From Phyllosticta citribraziliensis (Eukaryota): a DNA stretch of 64,000 nucleotides. Under the pieces are notes generated by a model, which had not been told where the DNA came from, ran no database searches, and worked only from the letters and a program-made list of their open reading frames with translations. The DNA lies in NCBI RefSeq assembly GCF_038025025.1, contig NW_027117344.1:1240001-1304000 (forward strand), in the 5' to 3' direction. Below, in pieces: positions 41,401 to 54,158 of the stretch (the stretch's first letter is position 1; each line of letters begins with the position of its first letter). The position numbers and the translations under genes were made by a program.

Positions 41401-42110
41401 TCATTGTTTCGGCGACTGGGCTTTATCATGCTGCCTCCTCCACTCATCAAATGCTTCTTCGAAGCTTCGGCTTTCGTCTCCACATCGTTCCGAGACTAGC
41501 TGCCACGACCGGGTCCTGATGATACTCTCCACGCCTCTCTCATTCCGCAGCACGTTGGCGAGCATTTCCGTCCGAGCCTCGCGCGGCAAGTATCTCGCGC
41601 TGTAGGGATCTAATCGTTCGTCGACAATCGTTTCCCTCGCCTTGGCGCTCTCCACCTCGCGCAGGATGGCGTCCGGGTCATCGGGGTCGGGTGATGTGGC
41701 GACGCTGACGCAGTAGTTGATGACGTCGGAGCGGACTTGCCACGACGGGAACAGCACCTTGTCTTTGAAAAAGCGACAGCTTGACGGCGGTATTTGGCGC
41801 CTGGTGCCTGGCGGTAGCGTGGAGCGGGCTTGCGTGGACGAGGGATCGAAGCCAGTAGAACCGGGTGTGAGGAGTGAGTTTAGATTCTGGGTGATGGAGT
41901 CGTCGATGGTTGCGCGGGATAGACGAAGGAAGTCTGATTAGAGAAGAGGTGATCAGTATTTGCTGTGTGTGTTGAAAAGAGCTACGAGATGGGTGGGCTC
42001 TTTGTGGTGTGACAGCCGCAGTTCGAATCCACCATTCACGTACCTCGTAATGCGGTTTGGTTGAAGCAGAATTGCGGCGTCAGCGTTGGACGATCCGAGG
42101 CCTTGTTCAT
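41401..42110 (-). CDS. MIX23: Mix23/Cid2 (CCDC58-like) mitochondrial intermembrane-space protein
   Basis: PTLTPQFCFNQTALR|DFLRLSRATIDDSITQNLN..LFPSWQVRSDVINYC..ERLDPYSARY..NERGVESIIRTRSWQLVSERC; intron 42043-41934; an upstream in-frame ATG (~42182) is an alternative start. Confidence 0.85.
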
Positions 42111-42421
42111 TGTAGTATCTTCAGCGACAGGAGATGGGGACTGGATTTGACCGGATCGCTTTTTCCATACCATCGAAGCCATTGTGAAAATGACGGGGAA
42201 AAAAGTACAAGGAAGTCGAGTTGCAGTCAATGATGCGGCGGTTGTAGGTGGTTATGTCAACTGTCAAGGGAGCTAGCTGCGGCGTCAGCGCTAGCGAGTC
42301 ATGCAATCTTGCCGCGAATCGGCACGACGCGTCTCGTCGCCTGCAGTCGCGTTGCCTGGCCTGGCGCCTGCCATTAGTACTGTCCTGACTTCTCTCTACT
42401 ACCACTCTGTCCCCTCTTGCC

Positions 42422-45400
42422 ATGCAACTGCGCCTACGACTACATGAACCAACAAAACTCTTTTCCTTGCGCCGCTTGCTGAGCTCCGTATCCCGCAATT
42501 CTTCGTTTCCGTTCCCCGGCTCTCAATTGCGCACCTTCGTCGCCCGAGTCCCGCATCGGCACGACTTCACTTCCGTCGCCATGCCTCCGAAACAGCAGGC
42601 TACCTTGGGGTATGTCAAGTCAAATCAAAAGACGTTAGGGCATGCTTTCCCATGACTAGCACGAGCAATTGTTCCAGCAATCTTCTCTGACACCATGCAG
42701 GTCGTTCTTCAACAAGCCCGCCGGTGCCAAGGCTGAGCCCCGCCAGTCCAGGCTCGCGTTCTCGACCAAATCCAAAGGCAAACCCACCGAGACCAGGGAC
42801 GCTCCTGCCGATGAGTCCACCAAGGAGAATGTCGATTTGAACGGAAAAGAAACGAAGCAGGAGGCCGCAGAAGAAGATGCTGAGATGAGTGGCGAGAACG
42901 GAGCCAAGGAGGACTCGAAGAAGAGAACACGAGAAGAGAGTGAAGAAGACGAGGAGCCTGTCACAACCAAACGCAGGACAAGGAGGAAGAAGGATGCGGA
43001 CGAAGCTTCGGAGGCAACCGCCACACCACAATCGCCCGTGAAGAAGCGCAAGTCGACAGTTAAGATCAGCGAAGAGGAAAGCCATGAGGTACCAAAGCCA
43101 TCGCCCAAGAAAGCCAAAGCTAAGGCAAAATCCGAAAAGAAGGACGATCTTCCCGAAGAGGAGGGAGAAGCCCCGAAGCCTGCGCCAACCAAAAAGCCCA
43201 AGTCAAAGCCCAAAGCGGAAAATGAGGAGGACCATTCCGAAGGCGAGCAAGATGCTCCAAAGCCAACATCGCCCAAACAGCCAAAGGCCAAAACCAAGTC
43301 CACGGCGGCAAGGAAGAAGATGGTTGTTGAAGACGAGCTTTCTGAGCCTCCCTCTCCAAAACGCTCCAAGGCGAGCTCTGCCGAAAAGGAGTCTGACGAG
43401 GAATCGGTTACGCCCCCGCCCAAGGCTGCACCGACCAAGAGCAAAAAGGCTTCGAGCAAGAATGCGAATACGTGGGAGAAGACGTATAAACATGGAATGT
43501 GCGATGACTGGAAGGCCGGCGAACCTGTTCCGTTTGCCGCTCTCTGCCAGGTCATGTCCAAGATCGAAAACACGACCAAGCGACTCGAGATGCAAAACTA
43601 CGCCACGAGATTCTTCTGCCAGGTGCTCCGTTTGACGCCCGACGACTTGCTGCACATTGTCCTGCTCTTGGTGAACAAGCTTGCTGCCGATTACAAGGGC
43701 ATCGAACTCGGCGTCGGCGAAGCTCTTATCCAGCAGACCATTGCAGGAGCGACTGGACGGGAGAAGAAGAAGATTGTGGAGGAGCACAACAAAGTGGGAG
43801 ATTGGGGTCTGGTCGCAGCTCAAAGCAGAGCGAACCAGCCGACCATGTTCAAGCCAAAACCGCTCAGCGTCCGGAGTGTCCGCGAGGATTTGATCAAGAT
43901 TTCCCAGATTTCCGGGTCTGGCACAAACAAGAGCAAGCTTGGTGTCATGACGAAGCTTCTGTGCGCCGCTGACGCGGCTGGCAAAGTGGACATCAACGAA
44001 GAGAAGGGAGGTCCGAGCGAGGCCAAATTCATTACTAGATTCTTCGAAAGCAAGCTTCGGCTGGGACTGGCTGAGCAGAGTGTGCTCGTCTGCCTCGCGC
44101 ACGCTTTGGCTGCATACAAGCTAGACCCTACTTTTGAGACGATGCCTACTACTGAAGAGCTTCAAAACAGCGAGCATCTTTTGAAGACTGTCTACAGGTA
44201 AGACTCTGAGATGACGTTTTGAGGGCTTCGGAACTGACTGGTTTCCAGCGAACTTCCCAGCTACGAAGACATCGTTCCCGTTGCGCTCAAGCATGGCCTT
44301 GACGAGACGCCCAAATACTGTACTCTCCACCCCGGTGTCCCGATCAAGCCCATGCTTGCGAACCCGACCAAATCCATCGCCGAAGTCTTGCAGAGATTCG
44401 AAAACAAAAGCTTTACGTGTGAATACAAATACGACGGCGAACGTGCCCAGATACACTTTGTCGCCCACGGAGCAAAGCAGACTTACGATGGCACTGAAGC
44501 ACCAGCGGCAGGCAAGACTGAGAGAGGAGTTGCCAACATCTTCTCTCGAAACTCCGAAGATCTGTCTGGCAAGTATCCGGACATTCTGTCCAAACTTCCG
44601 ACGTGGGTCAAGGAGGACACCAAGAGCTTCGTGCTTGATTGCGAGACGGTTGCTTGGGACATGGTCGAAAAGAAAGTCCTGCCATTCCAGATGTTGATGA
44701 CACGCAAGAGGAAAGATGTCAAGATCGAGGATGTCAAGGTCAAAGTTTGCGTCTTTGCTTTCGACTTGTTGTATCTCAATGGCGAGGTAATATCTGGCCG
44801 CAAACGATCTTTGGATTTCTACTGACAGCACTTCAGCGTCTCACCAGGAAATCGTTCCGCGAGCGACGAGAGCTTCTCCACAACTCTTTTGTTCCCGTCG
44901 AAGGAGAATTCGCTTTCGCAGAGCACGGTGACGCGTCTGATGTCGTCGAGATTCAGGAGCTCCTGGATCAATCCATCAAGGCCTCGTGCGAAGGTCTCAT
45001 GGTCAAGATGCTTGATGGCTCTGAATCGAACTACCTTCCCTCCAAGCGCTCACAGAATTGGCTCAAAGTCAAGAAGGACTATCTCAATAACTTGGGAGAC
45101 TCGCTGGATCTCGTCGTGCTGGGTGCCTACTACGGCAAGGGCAAGCGTACCAGCGTATACGGCGCGTTCCTCCTCGCTTGTTACGACCCCAACTCGGAGT
45201 CCTACCAAACCGTCTGCAACATTGGCACAGGCTTCAGCGACGAGGCCCTGTCATCGCTCCACGCCGCCCTCTCGCAGCACGTCATCGAGAAGCCCAAGCC
45301 CTTCTACTCGCACTCGCCGGGCAACACGGACCAGCCCGACGTGTGGTTCGAGCCGCGATTCGTGTGGGAAGTCAAGAGCGCCGACCTCACCGTGTCGCCC

Positions 45401-45595
45401 CGCTACCGTGCGGCGATTGAGGAGCTCGGCGTGGGCAAGGGCATAAGCCTGCGCTTCCCCCGCTTCATCCGCGTGCGCGACGACAAGAAGCCCGAGGAGG
45501 CGACGAGCAGTGAGCGCGTTGCCGCCATGTACCGCGATCAGGAAGTCAACAAGAAGAGCAAGGGACCGAGTGCGGACGATGGATGGGAGTACTGA
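42422..45595 (+). CDS. CDC9: DNA ligase I, with upstream in-frame mitochondrial-type extension; second start at 42581
   Basis: PIP box QATLG|SFF; motif I EYKYDGERAQ; EGLMVKML; WLKVKKDYL; SLRFPRFIRVRDDK; introns 42610-42700, 44198-44248, 44787-44836. Confidence 0.96.
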
Positions 45596-45727
45596 GAGGC
45601 TGTCTTTCTCGTCGACTGTGGCGTGCGTGCTGCGTGTGGTCCCGGTGTTTGTGGCTGGGCTGGGCTGGGCTGGCAATCAATGTGTTGACGGTGTTTGGGC
45701 TGTGACCAGATGGGATGGGTCGTTTGT

Positions 45728-45770
45728 GCTATGCTATGCTTTGCTATGCTTTGCTATGCTTTGCTATGCT
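45728..45770. repeat. (GCTATGCTTT)n minisatellite downstream of the ligase
   Basis: gctatgctatgctttgctatgctttgctatgctttgctatgct. Confidence 0.9.
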
Positions 45771-46531
45771 AAAGACAGCTTTTACAATTTGCTAGGCTGG
45801 CAGACATGCTTCGAAGTATTTGCTTTGATTCGACCTCGTCCCATTTGAGTGGATCCACAAAGATGGACAGTCCAGTAAAGAATGTGCGGCTGTGACGAGC
45901 CAGGAGTGAATGCGACCAATGCACTTGGACCACCGAGCGAGCTTGTAAAAAAAGAAAAGTGAAAAAGATTGGTACACTATGAGAAAAAGATGGAAACCAA
46001 AGGTCGCAGTTGATGGAGAAGAAGACAGACTTGAAAAGGTTGCTCACAAGGGACAAAAAGGAGACGCGTGGTAACGGTGTTCATGTTGTTGTCGAGCATC
46101 AGCGATCCGATATCCTATCAGAGAAGAAAGAGACCGTCTCGAAGCGGCGCGGCCCGGGCCAGCAGCGTCTGCGGTCCGTTTGGGTTGCGTGGCCGAACAG
46201 ACCAGCCCCTGATCAGCACTTCTTCACCAAATTTTTCAATCACGACACAAAAAAACAAACAAAAACGTACAACAGCCGGGATTCGCTGCTGGTCACCCAC
46301 GCAACTACTAATCGGCCGCAAGGTAGCTTATCTATGGAAGAGCGGACGGGGTTCCGAGTTTTCTACCTGCTATGGTCGTACGTACCAATTCAACCCAAAC
46401 ATTCAAGTTATGAATTGTACCACTAGTGCAACTCTTTCTCCATCAGCTCCTCACTTCCTTGTCCATTTTGCTCTCGCTCGTCTCTCACCTCTCCCGGAGT
46501 CATTTGGCGTGGGTCAGATGCCACGGCCCGA

Positions 46532-48426
46532 TCAGAAGCCCTCGGCGGCGTCAAAGTTGCGGATCAAGTCGTAGTAGAAGCGGACGCCCTCGGCGTGGGC
46601 GACGATGTCGACGCGCTCGTCGACCGTGTGCGCGTTGAAGCGCGTGCCGTCGCGCGCGGGGCCGAAGCGGTAGATGTTCTTGGTCAGGTCCCAGTAGTGG
46701 CGCGTGTCGGTGTTGCCCTGGACAGAGAGAGGGAAGGAGGTTAGCGTGTGCCTGCAGCAACATCGTCTTGCGAGTGCGAAGAAGGATCAAGGGGTCTGGT
46801 GTGGCTTACAGTCATGATGTCGCCGACGGGGACGACAGTCTTGTCCTTGTATTCGGGAATGTCTTCAAAGACCTGGCGGATGGTGCCGCTGAACAGGTTC
46901 CAGACGGGGTTGTCGAGCGACGTCGGGCTGACTGGGGCCGGCGGCATGTAGAGCGTCCTGTTTATGGTGACGCTGCCGGCGCCGCGCTTCTCGCTCGGGG
47001 CATCATCGCTGAAGCCAAACGCGTCGAGGCTGAGGCGGTGCTTGTGGGCAATGGGCCGCAGCAGCTTGGCCGCGTTGTCCTTGACCGAGTCGACCGAGTC
47101 GTGCGACGCGATGCGGTAGTTGACGAGGGCCGTGACGCTCTCGGGCAGCGCGTTGACCTTTTCGCCGCCGCGGATGATGTCGACGGCCTGCGAGGTTTGC
47201 AGGATGAAGCGGTCGTCCTCGCGCGTCTTCGCGAGGCGTGTGCCCAGATTCTTCTCGCTGGTGTGTCTGTTGGCGAGGGCGTGGCGGAGCCAGGGCTCGA
47301 CGTCCTTGGGCGAGTACTTGACCTGGCATTCCAGGAGCCCGCGGAAAGGGTTGTCCTGCGTCAGACGTGGGGTGTAGGGGTTCGCCTCGAGCTCCGTGAT
47401 GAGCTCGGCCATGATGCCGATGCCAGTGTGCGGTGGCGGGCGCGAACTGTGGCCACCGTCGACGTCGACAGTGATGAGCAAGTCGGCATAGCCTTTTTCG
47501 CCTACTCCGGGGAGGGCGTAGACGTGGTCGCCGAGGGCAGTGAGGCCCATGCCGCCCTCGTCAATGATGAAGGCAATGCTGTCTGGCTCATATCTCTTGT
47601 TCAATTCGGCGGCGAGGAAGGCAGCTCCGCGATCTCCGCCCACTTCCTCGTCAAAGCCAAACGACAAGATGATGGTACGCTTGGGCTGGAAGTCTTGCTC
47701 CAGCAGATCCTCGAGAGCGGAAAGAATACCAATCAAGTTGTTCTTGCAGTCGACCGACCCGCGTCCCCAGAGGTATTGCCCGTCGAAGTGCGCCTCGTAG
47801 GGAGGATAAGTCCATTTTTCAGGGGAGGTTGCCGGCACCACGTCCTGGTGTGCCATGTACAGGGCGGGCTTGAGCTCCTTGGACGAGCCAGGGAAAGTGT
47901 ACAGGAGGCCATATTTATTAATCTTTTCGAGCTGGAGCTTTTCGTGCCTGCTCACATCAGACTACTGCTCATTGATAGTTTAAGAAGGAGACAAAATGAA
48001 AATCATGACTGACACCAAGGGAAAGTATTGAGCCAGAGTGGCATGAAAGTCGTCAAAGGTCTTGTACCGAGGATCCTCGTTGACATCGCCATTGTCGTCG
48101 TGGCTCTCAGTTGGGACTTTGATGGCGGCAGCGAGTCGCTCGATTTGCTTGGCAATGGAGCTCTCGTCCAGGAACTTTGAAGATTGCTCCAGCCCGTCTG
48201 GAGCCTCGGAAGGTGTCTTGGACAGAGGGCACCAAGAATCGACCTTGTCGTGCTGGATGCGAAGGCTGCCGCCCCCACCTATGATGCCATGAGGAAGGCG
48301 GACGAGGGCTGGGAAGCTCCAGAAGCAAGCAGCGGTTGCGAGAGCCGCAACCAGAGCGATGGAACGCCTGGTGGGAGTTCTTTTAGGGGGCGGGGACGCG
48401 AATTGTCTTGTCTCAAGCTTCTCCAT
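46532..48426 (-). CDS. CPS1: Gly-Xaa carboxypeptidase (peptidase M20A, Cps1-like), N-terminal membrane anchor
   Basis: MAHQDVVP, WGRGSVDCK, FGFDEEVGG, IIDEGG, GGHSSRPP, GGEKVNALPE, |GNTDTRHYWDLTKNIYRF, NAHTVDE; introns 48013-47948 and ~46808-46719. Confidence 0.92.
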
Positions 48427-48844
48427 GGCGACGAAGAGGAGTGCGGAGGCACGAGTAGCACACGGTGGGCAGTGGGCGCTCGATGCATTTTGAATGCGGA
48501 CAGCAGATGCAGGCAGTCAAGAGTGGGCGAGTAGGACGATGGCGATAGGGCACGGGGACAATGATGCGGAGAGACACAGCTATGCCCGAGCAAGCAGGTG
48601 AGAGAGGTGCTGTAGCTATCTCGCCATGATTCGCAATTGCTGGGATCCCTGTCGTCTCGCCGGCGCGGTCCGGGGGGTCTAGTTAGGTTTGTGTCGCCGG
48701 TGACGTCAACCCCGCGAACTCCAGACTGCCTCCCGCTTGCATGAGGTGCCCTGGTACGCCATCCCTGGCTCCAGTCCGGTCCCCTCTTCTCACTAACAAA
48801 CGCCATCTTCTTGAATTCCCTCTACGACCTAGTCTGGACTCACC

Positions 48845-49580
48845 ATGGACGTAAGTCGCCTCATCGCAGCTCCACAGCTCCAACTGACCGCGACCGCTCC
48901 CTCCAGGTCTTCTACTCGTACACCTACGGCACGGCAGCATGGCTGGGCCTACAGGCAGCGCCATTGATCTTCTCGCCGACCCTCATTGTCGCCCTGCTCT
49001 CGCCCAGCGTCCGCGATGCCACCCGTACGTGCAATTGGCCCATTGAGTGGCTCGCGATACTCACAGAAAGACAACCACAGCTCTTGAGGTCTACTTTTCG
49101 CGCTCCGTCGGCTTCGCCTTCATCGCGCTCGCCGTCCTCACCCTCCTCCTCAGCGGCTCCGTGCCGCTGTCCTCGCGCCTGTCGGACGAGGGTACGTACA
49201 ATACCTACCTTGCCTTACACAGCCCCCAGAACTCCACCTTGCGACCTGCAACTAACGCGCCCCCGCGCGCAGTCGCGCCCACATCGACCAACCCGAACGA
49301 TCCCAAAGCTCCCTACGCGCTGCCGACGCTCGCCATCACCGCCGCACACCACGGCCTGACGGCCTTCTACGCCTACGCCATGTGGAACCAGACGGGCGCG
49401 GCGGCCTTCTCGCTCGGCATGCTGGGCAGCACCGGGCTGGCGGCCGTGGCGCTCTGGTGCATCCTGTTCGCCAGCAGCGACGGCCGCATCAGCCGCAAGA
49501 CGGGCGCCGACAAGCGCACCAGCGGCTGGCCGTTCAAGAATAGGGAGGCGGATAGGCGCAAGGGTAGGAAGCAGACTTGA
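48845..49580 (+). CDS. Conserved fungal multi-pass membrane protein of unknown function
   Basis: caccATG GAC|GTAAGT micro-exon; VFYSYTYGTAAWLGLQAAPLIFSP..LEVYFSRSVGFAFIALAVL..PYALPTL..LWCILFASSDGRISRKTGADKRTSGWPFKN; three introns. Confidence 0.85.
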
Positions 49581-50372
49581 TCGTGTGCGCAGTGGCGCAT
49601 GGGCAAATGGTGGGAACACAAACCCTAAACAGGGCGGGCTTGGTGTTGCAAAGACGCTAAACACGGTTTCAGGCCCTTTAAGCCGGACGTGAGAAGTGGT
49701 CACCACAACGTGGCGGACGGTGTTTGAGAAGAATAGCATCGGCAATGTAAGCCCGATCCCTTCGGACCATGATATATCCATTTACTGCAACCAAGGGTAA
49801 AAGCAGTGCAGCGTCCTAGCGCCCCTCTAGCCCAACAAGATGACTATGCTTTATCCTGCGTCTTGAAGAAAAGTCTTCCTTCTTTTGCTTTAACCCTTTG
49901 CGATTCTTCCTCTCTTGAGTAGGGAGACGATAGACGATAAAGAAGCATCAAATGCCTTGCCACGCCGCGCCATACCATGCCATGTCGAGGTGCTGAGAGG
50001 AGACGACTCGAGGAAAGAGACGAGAGACGGGGAGCGCGCCCTGGAAGTAGGAACTCCCCAACCCACCCATCTATTCGTCCATGAAGCAGCGCCGCCAGAA
50101 ATTGTACACAGCCGCGGTCCATATCTACCCACGAGCCAGATGCGCAGAGTGGCTGTTTTATGTTTTCCAAATCAGAAGCGCCAGAAGTGAACGGCGGGAA
50201 AACGCCCGAGTCGATGCCATGCCGTGAACCCCAATTCCAACCAAATCAGCCTATGATGTGAGTATTTCTCCGATTGCGTCCATTCTCGTAAGCCCTGTTT
50301 CGTCGCTGTGGCACATTTCGTCCACTCGGTGCGTCTGGATGCAATTGTTTGATCCGACCTCGTTGCCGTAGC

Positions 50373-52136
50373 TCATCGCAACGCAATCAAGTGCGACTTC
50401 TTCATCTCCTCGACATGCGAAGCTAGAGCCTTGGCCGAGACGTGGTCGTGGCCCTGAGGAAAGTCGACCAAGCCCTTGCGCAGGGCAGCCCAGCCAGCGC
50501 GGCCAAATGCGTCGATGAACTTGCCGGCAAACTCGCCGTCCGTCATGGCGCGCAAGACGTTGAAGTGCGTTGGTTGCGCCTCGGCTGCCGGGGTGTCGAC
50601 GATGCGAGCAAACGATGTCCAGTACTGTGCGGGTGTAAAGGGCGGGATGAGGGCCGTCGAGAGCTTGTACTTGCGCAGGCACAGCGAAGCCCAGCCGCCG
50701 CCAATTCCCGTCATGCGCTCGCGGTGGCCCTGCTCCGTCTCCCAGTCGCCGTGCAGACAGCGCCAGCCTAGGCGCTTGCGGCCGTTCTGAAGGTTCTCGG
50801 GGCCATAGATACCAAAAAGGACGCCGCAAGAATGGTGGAACTTGGCCAGCAGGATGTCCGACAAGGGAACTTGGTTCATGAGGCACAAGTCACGGTTCCC
50901 GAGAAGGGAAACGCCTAAGATGCCGAGGGAATCCGCATGGCTTGCGTTGATGCCGGCGTCGCTGATGAATTGGTTGAAGAGAGATTTGCAAAAGTGGTGA
51001 AGCTCAAAGAGAAAGAGAACCGAGATTTCAAAGGGACCCTGCGGAAGGCGAGCCTGAGTGCTGCTCGCGAGGTAAGGCTTGATGTCGGTTGTGGGCGAAG
51101 GGATGGATTGCGCTTCTAGGAGCAATTCGCGGACTTCGCGGAGTTTTTCCCTGTTTCCCTTCATCTGCTCGGCATTCGCCGGCGTTGCTCCTGCAAGTCC
51201 TTTGGGTTTGGCGACATGGGTTATTTGGCCAATCTTCATGCGTATACTGCGGCGAATCCTGCTAGCATTGTCCTTCAGCGTGGGGTGTACAGCAGAAAGC
51301 TGCTTGAAATCGTTGCGCAGTTTCTTGAGCCGTTGGTGGATTGCAAGATATTCCCCGTGTATGGCGTCTCTCTCCTGCCGGGACGAGATGATTCCAGGTC
51401 GGGCGGCCAGCTGTGGTACTGCGTTTGAGGAATTTGCGGCTATTCCATTCGTCGCGGGAGGCTGTGTCAAGGCGGATGGCTGAGCTGGATTTGCTTGGGC
51501 TTGTGCTTGGGCTTTTGCAGCAGCTTGAGCAGCTTCTCTCGCAGCAGTCTCCTTTGCAGCGGCCTCGTGGCGTTCTTGTTGCTCCTTTTCGGCCTTTCTT
51601 CTCGCGGCTTCTGCCTCCTCGGCAGCCTTTTGTTTGCGCAGTCTCTCTTCGGCTTCTTGGACCTGTCGAGCATGCTCGGCTGCTCTTCTCTGCTCCTCTT
51701 CCCTCCGCTTCACCTCGTCGAGCTCGCGCCGTCGTTTCTCGGCTTCGATGCGCGCATTCTCCTGACGCATCCTTTCCAGCTCGCGCTTTTGCTCGTCCTC
51801 TCTCCTCTTTCGCGCTTGTTCTTCCTCCAGGTGTACCCTCTCGGCGACGCGTTCGGCGCTCCGTCGAATTTCTTCATGGCGCTCGGCGGCCTCGGCTAGC
51901 AGCAAGCGGTACTTTTCCCGTTCGGCGGCCTCGTGTTGCTCAAGACGGTCGTGGAAGCGGCGGTCCCCATCAATCAGCATGCAGCTGAATTCGCGCCAGA
52001 GCTGGCGGGACGGGCTGTCGAGTTCGGCGGGCTGCGACTCGGCATGGCGCTTGGCTTCGGAGAAGAGCTGGCGCGAGGGGCTGTCATTCTTCAATGGCGA
52101 GGAGGAGGGGTGGGGTGGTTGGGGTGATTTTTCCAT
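50373..52136 (-). CDS. GLE1: mRNA export factor / nucleoporin Gle1
   Basis: Intronless ORF from MEKSPQ (52136); long charged coiled coil, then a Gle1-like domain (ILLAKFHHSCGVLFGIYG..GRKRLGW..HRERMTGIGGGWASLCLR..YWTSFARIV..KFIDAFG..ALRKGLVDFP). Confidence 0.85.
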   Translation of the reverse strand: MEKSPQPPHPSSSPLKNDSPSRQLFSEAKRHAESQPAELDSPSRQLWREFSCMLIDGDRRFHDRLEQHEAAEREKYRLLLAEAAERHEEIRRSAERVAERVHLEEEQARKRREDEQKRELERMRQENARIEAEKRRRELDEVKRREEEQRRAAEHARQVQEAEERLRKQKAAEEAEAARRKAEKEQQERHEAAAKETAAREAAQAAAKAQAQAQANPAQPSALTQPPATNGIAANSSNAVPQLAARPGIISSRQERDAIHGEYLAIHQRLKKLRNDFKQLSAVHPTLKDNASRIRRSIRMKIGQITHVAKPKGLAGATPANAEQMKGNREKLREVRELLLEAQSIPSPTTDIKPYLASSTQARLPQGPFEISVLFLFELHHFCKSLFNQFISDAGINASHADSLGILGVSLLGNRDLCLMNQVPLSDILLAKFHHSCGVLFGIYGPENLQNGRKRLGWRCLHGDWETEQGHRERMTGIGGGWASLCLRKYKLSTALIPPFTPAQYWTSFARIVDTPAAEAQPTHFNVLRAMTDGEFAGKFIDAFGRAGWAALRKGLVDFPQGHDHVSAKALASHVEEMKKSHLIALR

Positions 52137-53135
52137 GGCGAGGGAAGGGTGTAAACAACGGGACGACGACGTCAGGGCAGGGCAGGGCGCGTAAAGCGCG
52201 GTAGCAGACGCGGTCCGGTGCAGACAATACCTAGGTAACGCGTGCAGGGACAGGCGGTAGCTCAGGCAGGCGGGGACGGAGGGCGGACGCGGGCCCTGGT
52301 CAGCCAAAGGTGGTGCAGATCATTTTTCGGTTTTTTTTTCTTCTTTCCAGTCGGGTGGGCGGAGTGGATGGGTGCGGTGAAGAAAGGGCGGCGGCATGGT
52401 CAAGTCAACAGTTGGAGGTGGGTAACCAAGGCATAATTGGTGGCCGCCGGGGCGGGAGCGCCAAGGCGGGGCAGCGTGGCCGCGAGTTAATCAACAAGAA
52501 GCAGCTCAGTTCATTGGCAAAAGCATGCTGGCCGTTTGCAGCAGGGGACGAAACACGGCCGCTGCTGCTTGCGTCGTTGGGCGCACAAAGGAGCCCTCTC
52601 CAAGTCCAAGTCCAAGTCCAAGCCGACGTCCAAGTCCCAATCTGTGGCCCGGGCCGGAGCAGTGCAGCGTGTGGAGTTCGACCGGACGTCGGAGGGACTG
52701 CCAGCGTCCTCGAGCTCGTGGGGTCCCGTCAGGTTCACCTCACTTTAGGTGTGCCGTGGGTGGGTGGGTGGGCGTTCGTCGGGCAGGCAGGTTCCGAGGG
52801 ACCAACTGCGACTGAGGTGGACACCGTCCTCTCCTCTGGGTGGTGATGATATCAAACACTTGGGCATTAGCTATTCTTATTATCACTTCCAAGAACAAGC
52901 TGATTGATGGCTGAGGCCTGAGCTTGACGGCTGCTGCGCCTGTTCTGCCCTCACCCACTGCCTGCCTGCCTGCCTGCCTGCCCGCCCGCCCGCCCGCTCT
53001 GCTCTCTCTCGCTTGACGTACTTCCCCGGCATTGACCCTTTCACCTGCCCATCATCCACACCCACCTCTCTCTGTTCGTCACTTTCTTTCTGCTCCGTCC
53101 GTCACCATCACCTTCCTTTCATCGCCTCTCCTCCT

Positions 53136-53217
53136 CCCCCCCCCCCCCCCCCCCCCCCCCCCATCCTCCCCCATCGCCCTTTCTGCTTGCTACAACTCCC
53201 TCCCTCCCTCCCTCCCT
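53136..53217 (+). repeat. C27 homopolymer followed by (CCCT)5 upstream of SSD1
   Basis: C run 53136-53162; CCCTCCCTCCCTCCCTCCCT 53198-53217. Confidence 0.9.
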
Positions 53218-53766
53218 TCGACGCACTCTCTCGAAACGCACCTCGTTCTCTCGCCGGCGTTGGCGTTGCCCTGCTCGCTGCGGCAGCTGCCCTGCAACCC
53301 GCTCCTGACCTGACAGTCTCTCTGCAGCCCACCACCCCAATCCTTTGCCCCTCGTCGCCCTTCAGCTTCTCCGTCAATCACTTGCGAAGAGACGTTTTGC
53401 CATCCATCGAACTTGGCTCCCTCAAGAAGGCATCTCTCCCTCAACACGCCGTCCAAGCGCTTTTGCCGACCGGCATCTGCCATCTTCGACATCCGAGCTC
53501 CCTCCACGCGAGCCACCCCCGACACCGCCTGCCATTTCGCCATAGCTCGCTGGCCCTGCGCGACCCATCTCCAGCTTTCCAAGGTCCTGCCAGCCGTAAG
53601 TCCCGCCCTTGTCGCATGCTGCCGCTAGTTCCGGTCCACCCCTCTGACACTTGGCCTAGGTTACCACTGTCCGTCAGTCCTGTCCCCGACACCTGGACCC
53701 AGAGCCTCCAGCTGCTCTACCCCACCATCACCACCACCACCTGCATACCTTTGAAAGTCTTTGGCC

Positions 53767-54124
53767 ATGGATCCTCAGGGAAACAATGGCCCCATGGGCC
53801 CAGCAGGCCGCCGCTTGCACATTGCGCATCGGCGTAGCCCCTCCGAGTTGACGCCCCTCATGAGTACGACCCCTCACAAGCTTCCCTGACGTGTTTCACT
53901 TGCCCTGCTTGGACCACCATTGGCTGACTCTCCTTCTCCTCGCAGTGGAACAACTCGCCATTGCACAGCAGATTGAAGCTCTACAGCAGCAGCAGCAGCA
54001 AATAGCTGCAACCCACCAGCAGTATGTAAACATGGGCATGATTCCCGCCCAGCAACACCTCGCAGGACAGCAGTTCCAGATGCAGGGCCAGATGCAAGGC
54101 CAGCTCGGCAACTTTCAGTTCCCT

Positions 54125-54158
<34 letters not shown>

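Noticed and set aside
41990..42040. tRNA gene suggested by GTTCGAATCC
   Set aside because: No D-arm/A-box, anticodon arm or acceptor stem could be built
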